From the sequence record NC_070903.1: 33,349 bases of DNA. One strand, written 5' to 3'. Positions 27,460-33,349 of this stretch are shown piece by piece (position 1 is the stretch's first letter; each line of letters starts with the position of its first letter). Under the pieces are notes generated by a model that made no database searches, was not told the DNA's origin, and worked only from the letters and a program-made list of their open reading frames with translations. The DNA is from Escherichia phage P2_AC1. The translations under genes were made by a program, and so were the position numbers.

Positions 27460-28203
27460 TTAACTGGCTTTCTTTTTCGGGCGTCCACGTTTTGCCGGTG
27501 CCACGCTCCGGGTCTTACGCGGGGCGCGGGTGGCCGCTTTTGGCTGTGGCTCCGGCTTCGGTTTCAGTTCCCGCTCCAGTCGTTCAATCTCTTTTTTGAC
27601 GCCTGCCTGACAGTCGAGCTGTGTCGCACGTTGCAGGTGCGCCAGCGCACCTGCGGCATCACCAGTGTCACGCAGAAACAGACCAGTGATTTTGTGCAGC
27701 TTTGCGCGCACTTCATCAGGCATGTCTGCCGTGGCAGTCAGTTCAAGGGTGTCCGTCAGCAGGCGGGTATCCACAGACTCACCGGCAACGTGAGCACGCA
27801 TGGCCGCGAGCGCCACCTCCTCGGTGAACATGTACGGCGGGGTGCGGCGGTGTTTACCCGGCATGGTCAGACCGTACTTCAGGGCATAACGGGCAATCTC
27901 CAGCGCACCGGCAATATCGCCGGTATCCAGACGCCACAGCATGACCGTCATCAGAATGTCATCCTGTGCACCTTTGCCCTGCTCCAGCACGCCGTTCACC
28001 CACGGCAACCAGAACGGCAGCAGTTCGCGTTTTTTCGCGGCCTTCAGCTCTTTTGAATAAATCGCTTTCAGTGTGCGCTGGTCTGCGGCCAGCTTGACCA
28101 GCATCTGCTCATAGACAGTTGCATGTCGCAACGGGGCGGCTTCCCGCTGCGCGGTCATCGCTGCCGAGACCCGCATCATGTGACGCTGTGCGGGACTCGT
28201 CAT
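27460..28203 (-). CDS. M: terminase small (endonuclease) subunit gpM
   Basis: 247-aa ORF, P2 gpM length and position. Confidence 0.9.
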   Translation of the reverse strand: MTSPAQRHMMRVSAAMTAQREAAPLRHATVYEQMLVKLAADQRTLKAIYSKELKAAKKRELLPFWLPWVNGVLEQGKGAQDDILMTVMLWRLDTGDIAGALEIARYALKYGLTMPGKHRRTPPYMFTEEVALAAMRAHVAGESVDTRLLTDTLELTATADMPDEVRAKLHKITGLFLRDTGDAAGALAHLQRATQLDCQAGVKKEIERLERELKPKPEPQPKAATRAPRKTRSVAPAKRGRPKKKAS

Positions 28204-28206
28204 CGG

Positions 28207-29280
28207 TTACGCTCCCGGCTCTGCGTTCGCTTTATCCGGTGTGGAGAAATCACCGACCTTAATTTTTTCCACCAGACAACCGGCGGCGTAGTCCTCCACC
28301 ACGTAATCAATGTTCATTGACTCGTAGTTCTCCACGCGGTCGAGTTTCGGGTTTTCCTCAATCACGCGGCGATGGCTGTCATCCATGTAGTAGATGGACA
28401 GGTTTTCCAGCTTTGTGATGAGCATCGCATCCGCCGGGAAGTACGGGACGCGTACCGCTGGCAGGTTGCCGATGCGTTTCTGGCTGATGATGACGTCAGC
28501 GGCCAGCATTTCGCTGTTGTCCTGCTCCTTGTTGACGATGGGAAAATACTTGTCCGCCAGTAGCTGACGTCCCACAATCACCACAAGGTCAGGGTCTTCC
28601 TGATACCACGGCTCAATCAGGTTGTTGGTCGCATCCATCACCAGTGCGTCAAGGCTGGCATAATCACCGCCCTTACCCACGCGGATAACCTCAGAGGTGG
28701 TGTGCCCTTCCTCGTCAGTGACCTTGCTCATCACGCGCGCCGGTGCTTCATTGCGGTATTTCTGCAGCCAGCCGACCGCCACATCCTGTAGCATCGGATT
28801 GCTGCTGCGGTCAGAGGTTTCTGCACGCTTCACGCCGTTAAAACCGGCCATGATGAAATCAAGGGACTGGCGTTTGATAATGGCGTTACGGATACGGAGC
28901 TGGAAATCCTGATAACGCGCCCACAGGTCCAGCGTTTTGTAGCGGATATAAAAATCGAAGTTAATCTGGTCGCATTCGTACTTGTTAGACGCCAGCTTCG
29001 AGAAGTCCTTCGGCTGACGCTCGGTGCCACCGGCGGTGTCGGTGGTGCTGGCGATGGAGCCGGTGACACCGATGCCAATTTTTTCCCCTTTCATTTCGCT
29101 GACCGGCACAATGTTGATGCGGGTCAGAAAGTCAGAGGACTCCTGCATGGTGTTCATCAGGGTCTGGGTGACCGACGGTTCAACGGTGAATTTTTTCGAC
29201 ACATCACCGGCGTCGATGCCGTTCAGTTCGGCAACACGGGACAGGTAGGCATTAAATTTAAAGCGGGTTTCCTGGCGCAT
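28207..29280 (-). CDS. N: major capsid protein gpN
   Basis: 357-aa ORF MRQETRFKFNAYLSRVAELNG..., P2 gpN length. Confidence 0.95.
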   Translation of the reverse strand: MRQETRFKFNAYLSRVAELNGIDAGDVSKKFTVEPSVTQTLMNTMQESSDFLTRINIVPVSEMKGEKIGIGVTGSIASTTDTAGGTERQPKDFSKLASNKYECDQINFDFYIRYKTLDLWARYQDFQLRIRNAIIKRQSLDFIMAGFNGVKRAETSDRSSNPMLQDVAVGWLQKYRNEAPARVMSKVTDEEGHTTSEVIRVGKGGDYASLDALVMDATNNLIEPWYQEDPDLVVIVGRQLLADKYFPIVNKEQDNSEMLAADVIISQKRIGNLPAVRVPYFPADAMLITKLENLSIYYMDDSHRRVIEENPKLDRVENYESMNIDYVVEDYAAGCLVEKIKVGDFSTPDKANAEPGA

Positions 29281-29338
29281 AGTTTTTCCTGAAATTAAGG
29301 GTTAATCGTGAAGGTTTTCCCGGACTGACTGACGCCGG

Positions 29339-30193
29339 TCAGCAGTTCGTCATCAGGGCGTCACCGCCACCGCCGGTGGCTTTGCTGCGGCGCTGCTGGG
29401 TCAGACTTTCGGTGTGGTCGAGACTGTTTTTCAGGCGGGTGAATGCCTGACTGGTTTCATCCGCCCTGTCAGTCACATCCTGCTTAAGTGCGGAAAAGGC
29501 GGTTTCCATCTCAGCAAGGCGCTGCTCAGTGGCGCTCAGTTTTTCCTGCACATGTTCAGCAACAGCGGTCACCGCTTCATGCACGTCATTCAGACGGGCA
29601 TCATCGCTGGCCTGTTTGCGGCCAAAAATGGACTTCACCTTTTCGGTCAGGGCGGTGAACACGGTTTCAGGCAGGTCTTCAAATTCCAGCTCAACAGGCG
29701 TTGCCACTGAAATCAGATTTTCAGGGCTTAATTTGAAGCGGTTCAGGGGGTTGTGTTTTGCCGTGCGGCAGAATTCCAGGTATTCCGTGCCGAGGCTTGC
29801 CGGGTCATCGGTGACGGCCAGACCCACCAGATAACATTTGCCGGTATTGGCAAAGTTCGGCTGAATTTCCATTGAGGTATAGACCTTCTGCGCGGCCTTG
29901 TTCATCGCGATAAGGTCATCGGTCGGGGTGATTTTCGCAAACAGCGCCCATTTGCCTTTCAGCGCCGAATCATCGTCAATCTTTTCGGCCTTCAGTTCGG
30001 CCACATCGCCATAACGCTTAAAAATACCGTCAGGCAGGATGCCGCGCAGATGTTCCAGGTTAATGCGGCAACCATAGACTCGCGGGTCAAAGGTTTCGGC
30101 CATTTCCTGAATATCCTGCGCACTGATGACACGCCCGTCACAGGTGTCACCCTCAACGCCGATACGAAAGAATTTTGAGACTTTTTTTGCCAT
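29339..30193 (-). CDS. O: capsid scaffolding protein/protease gpO
   Basis: MAKKVSKFFRIGVEGDTCDGRVISAQDIQEM... 284 aa from the internal Met (the ORF track extends to 30259). Confidence 0.9.
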   Translation of the reverse strand: MAKKVSKFFRIGVEGDTCDGRVISAQDIQEMAETFDPRVYGCRINLEHLRGILPDGIFKRYGDVAELKAEKIDDDSALKGKWALFAKITPTDDLIAMNKAAQKVYTSMEIQPNFANTGKCYLVGLAVTDDPASLGTEYLEFCRTAKHNPLNRFKLSPENLISVATPVELEFEDLPETVFTALTEKVKSIFGRKQASDDARLNDVHEAVTAVAEHVQEKLSATEQRLAEMETAFSALKQDVTDRADETSQAFTRLKNSLDHTESLTQQRRSKATGGGGDALMTNC

Positions 30194-30366
30194 TGTCAGG
30201 AGTCCTGAATAGTGATTAGAGGAGTCACATGTCGGCATCAGTTTCCCGACGATGCGCATCCTCCGCCATCAGTCCCGGATGGCTTATCACTGACACAACA
30301 GCACCTTAGCGAATCGCGGGGCGCGACTCAGTAGCCTTGCCGTGTATTCATCACGGCGAGGTATTC

Positions 30367-32139
30367 ATGACCATCACCACAGACACCACTCTTTTACACG
30401 ACCCGCGTCGTCAGGCGGCGCTGCTGTACTGGCAGGGGTTTTCCGTGCCGCAGATTGCCGCCATGTTGCAGATGAAACGCCCGACGGTGCAGAGCTGGAA
30501 ACAGCGCGACGGCTGGGACAGCGTTGCCCCCATCAGCCGTGTCGAAATGAGTCTGGAAGCGCGGCTGACCCAGCTCATCATCAAACCGCAGAAAACCGGC
30601 GGTGACTTCAAGGAAATTGACCTGCTGGGACGCCAGATTGAACGGCTGGCGCGGGTCAACCGCTACAGTCAGACCGGCAACGAGGCAGACCTTAATCCGA
30701 ACGTCGCTAACCGCAACAAAGGCGGGCGTCGCAAACCGAAAAAGAATTTTTTCAGTGACGAGGCCATCGAAAAGCTGGAGCAGATTTTCTTTGAGCAGTC
30801 TTTCGACTATCAGTTGCACTGGTATCGCGCCGGGCTTGAGCACCGCATCCGCGATATCCTGAAATCCCGCCAGATTGGCGCGACGTTTTATTTTTCCCGC
30901 GAGGCGCTGCTGCGCGCCCTGAAAACCGGTCATAACCAGATTTTTCTGTCGGCCAGTAAAACGCAGGCGTATGTGTTCCGCGAATACATCATCGCCTTTG
31001 CCCGTCTGGTTGACGTTGACCTGACCGGTGACCCGATTGTCCTGGGCAATAACGGCGCAAAACTGATTTTTCTCGGCACCAACTCCAACACCGCACAGAG
31101 CCATAACGGTGACCTGTACGTCGACGAGATTTTCTGGATCCCGAATTTTCAGGTACTGCGTAAGGTGGCATCAGGTATGGCCTCACAGAGTCACCTGCGC
31201 TCAACCTATTTCTCCACCCCGTCCACGCTGGCGCACGACGCCTACCCGTTCTGGTCGGGTGAACTGTTTAACCGGGGACGCGCCAGCGCCGCCGAACGCG
31301 TGGAAATCGACGTCAGTCATAACGCACTTGCCGGAGGTCTTCTCTGTGCGGACGGCCAGTGGCGGCAGATTGTCACCATTGAGGACGCCCTGAAAGGCGG
31401 CTGCACGCTGTTCGACATTGAGCAGCTCAAACGCGAAAACAGCGCCGACGATTTTAAAAACCTGTTCATGTGTGAATTTGTTGACGACAAGGCGTCGGTG
31501 TTCCCGTTCGAGGAGTTGCAACGCTGCATGGTCGACACGCTGGAAGAATGGGAAGACTATGCGCCGTTTGCCGCCAATCCGTTCGGCTCACGCCCGGTCT
31601 GGATTGGTTACGACCCGTCACACCGTGGCGACAGCGCCGGATGCGTGGTACTGGCACCGCCGGTGGTTGCCGGTGGCAAATTCAGAATACTTGAGCGTCA
31701 CCAGTGGAAAGGCATGGACTTTGCCACCCAGGCGGAATCCATCCGCAAACTCACCGAAAAATACAACGTCGAATACATCGGTATTGATGCCACCGGCCTC
31801 GGTGTCGGCGTGTTCCAGCTCGTGCGCTCGTTCTATCCTGCCGCGCGCGACATCCGCTACACGCCGGAAATGAAAACCGCAATGGTGCTCAAGGCAAAAG
31901 ACGTTATCCGCCGTGGCTGTCTGGAATACGACGTCAGCGCCACCGACATCACCAGCTCGTTTATGGCTATCCGCAAGACCATGACCAGCAGCGGACGCAG
32001 CGCCACCTATGAGGCCAGCCGCAGCGAGGAAGCCAGCCACGCCGACCTCGCCTGGGCGACCATGCACGCCCTGTTAAATGAGCCACTCACCGCCGGTATC
32101 AGCACCCCGCTGACATCCACCATTCTGGAGTTTTACTGA
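30367..32139 (+). CDS. P: terminase large (ATPase) subunit gpP
   Basis: MTITTDTTLLHDPRRQAALLYWQGFSVPQIAAM... 590 aa with GAGG RBS; divergent from O as in P2. Confidence 0.95.
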   Translation: MTITTDTTLLHDPRRQAALLYWQGFSVPQIAAMLQMKRPTVQSWKQRDGWDSVAPISRVEMSLEARLTQLIIKPQKTGGDFKEIDLLGRQIERLARVNRYSQTGNEADLNPNVANRNKGGRRKPKKNFFSDEAIEKLEQIFFEQSFDYQLHWYRAGLEHRIRDILKSRQIGATFYFSREALLRALKTGHNQIFLSASKTQAYVFREYIIAFARLVDVDLTGDPIVLGNNGAKLIFLGTNSNTAQSHNGDLYVDEIFWIPNFQVLRKVASGMASQSHLRSTYFSTPSTLAHDAYPFWSGELFNRGRASAAERVEIDVSHNALAGGLLCADGQWRQIVTIEDALKGGCTLFDIEQLKRENSADDFKNLFMCEFVDDKASVFPFEELQRCMVDTLEEWEDYAPFAANPFGSRPVWIGYDPSHRGDSAGCVVLAPPVVAGGKFRILERHQWKGMDFATQAESIRKLTEKYNVEYIGIDATGLGVGVFQLVRSFYPAARDIRYTPEMKTAMVLKAKDVIRRGCLEYDVSATDITSSFMAIRKTMTSSGRSATYEASRSEEASHADLAWATMHALLNEPLTAGISTPLTSTILEFY

Positions 32140-33173
32140 TGAGCAAGAAAAAAGGGAAAACACCGCAACCTGCGGCAAAAACAATGACCGCCAGCGCCCC
32201 GAAAATGGAGGCATTCACCTTTGGTGAGCCGGTGCCGGTACTCGACCGCCGTGACATTCTGGATTACGTCGAGTGCATCAGTAACGGCAGATGGTATGAG
32301 CCACCGGTCAGCTTTACCGGTCTGGCAAAAAGCCTGCGTGCTGCCGTACATCACAGCTCACCGATTTACGTCAAACGTAATATTCTGGCTTCAACGTTTA
32401 TCCCGCACCCGTGGCTGTCCCAGCAGGATTTCAGCCGCTTTGTGCTGGATTTTCTGGTGTTCGGTAATGCGTTTCTGGAAAAACGTTACAGCACCACCGG
32501 TAAGGTCATCAGACTGGAAACCTCACCGGCAAAATATACCCGCCGTGGTGTGGAAGAGGATGTTTACTGGTGGGTGCCGTCCTTCAACGAGCCGACACCT
32601 TTCGCGCCCGGCTCCGTGTTTCACCTGCTGGAGCCGGATATTAATCAGGAGCTGTACGGCCTGCCGGAATATCTCAGCGCCCTTAACTCTGCCTGGCTGA
32701 ATGAATCGGCCACGCTGTTCCGCCGCAAGTATTACGAAAACGGCGCACATGCCGGATACATCATGTACGTCACCGATGCCGTGCAGGATCGCAACGATAT
32801 CGAAATGCTCCGCGAAAACATGGTGAAGTCGAAAGGCCGCAACAACTTTAAAAATCTGTTTCTCTATGCCCCACAGGGGAAAGCCGACGGCATTAAAATT
32901 ATCCCGCTCAGTGAAGTGGCAACGAAGGACGATTTTTTTAATATCAAAAAAGCAAGCGCCGCTGACCTGCTGGACGCGCACCGCATCCCCTTTCAGTTGA
33001 TGGGCGGTAAGCCGGAGAACGTCGGGTCGCTGGGTGATATTGAGAAAGTGGCAAAGGTCTTTGTCCGCAATGAGCTTATCCCGTTACAGGACAGGATTCG
33101 GGAAATAAACGGCTGGCTCGGTCAGGAGGTCATCCGCTTTAAAAACTACTCACTGGACACTGACAACGGCTGA
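32139..33173 (+). CDS. Q: portal protein gpQ
   Basis: 344-aa ORF MSKKKGKTPQPAAKTMTASAPKMEAFTFGEPVPVLDRRD...; start overlaps the P stop. Confidence 0.95.
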   Translation: MSKKKGKTPQPAAKTMTASAPKMEAFTFGEPVPVLDRRDILDYVECISNGRWYEPPVSFTGLAKSLRAAVHHSSPIYVKRNILASTFIPHPWLSQQDFSRFVLDFLVFGNAFLEKRYSTTGKVIRLETSPAKYTRRGVEEDVYWWVPSFNEPTPFAPGSVFHLLEPDINQELYGLPEYLSALNSAWLNESATLFRRKYYENGAHAGYIMYVTDAVQDRNDIEMLRENMVKSKGRNNFKNLFLYAPQGKADGIKIIPLSEVATKDDFFNIKKASAADLLDAHRIPFQLMGGKPENVGSLGDIEKVAKVFVRNELIPLQDRIREINGWLGQEVIRFKNYSLDTDNG

Positions 33174-33178
33174 ACATC

Positions 33179-33200
33179 GCCGCCTGCGGGCGGCTTTTTT
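33179..33200 (+). terminator. rho-independent terminator downstream of Q
   Basis: Stem gccgcc / ggcggc with loop tgcg, followed by T6. Confidence 0.7.
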
Positions 33201-33330
33201 ACACCCCCGTCATCACGCCCTCACACGCTCGCCACTGTACAAAACACCCCGCAGACACACCAACGCCCCGGTGCACAATCTAAACGCCATCACGACGCGC
33301 TCAGACAATCATCACCACCGCCAGCGCGCA

Positions 33331-33349
33331 GTGCTTTCCCCGCCTCGCC
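33331..33349. other. cos: cos cohesive-end sequence (19 nt), genome terminus
   Basis: The last 19 nt, gtgctttccccgcctcgcc, are the reverse complement of GGCGAGGCGGGGAAAGCAC, which I recall as the P2 5' cohesive end; lies just past Q as in P2. Confidence 0.8.

Noticed and set aside
1-33349. tRNA, rRNA, CRISPR arrays, IS elements or transposases
   Set aside because: No cloverleaf-like conserved tRNA motifs, no regularly spaced repeat arrays, no terminal inverted repeats with transposase ORFs were seen; the only recombinase is the phage integrase.

Overview
The window is essentially a complete P2-like (Peduovirus-type) temperate myophage genome of about 33.3 kb, written in reverse-complement orientation relative to the usual P2 map. 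It ends exactly on a 19-nt sequence (33331-33349) that is the reverse complement of the P2 cohesive end as I recall it. Every P2 backbone module is recognisable from the translated ORFs: packaging and head (P, Q on +; O, N, M, L on -), lysis (X, Y, K, LysA/LysB/LysC), tail and baseplate (R, S, V, W, J, I, H, G, FI, FII, E/E' with a TTTTTTG -1 frameshift site, T, U, D), Ogr, an intact attP-int unit, the C/cox switch, B, orf80-83 and A. Protein identities are assigned from remembered P2 sequences and gene order; no database search was possible. Three AT-rich cargo islands interrupt the roughly 52% GC backbone at the known variable loci of P2-like phages: (1) between gene A and the genome end (105-3921), where P2 carries old/tin: two small 2-TM proteins, a separately transcribed TIR-domain protein, and a small-ORF plus 305-aa membrane protein pair; (2) between G and FI (P2 Z/fun position): a 197-aa membrane-anchored protein; (3) between S and V (P2 orf30 position): a 261-aa polytopic membrane protein on the opposite strand. 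The membrane-protein plus TIR module is the strongest candidate for an anti-phage defence system; it may belong to an already described family, and the 305-aa, 197-aa and 261-aa cargo proteins are the candidates with no recognisable family. No tRNA, rRNA, CRISPR array or transposase was seen.
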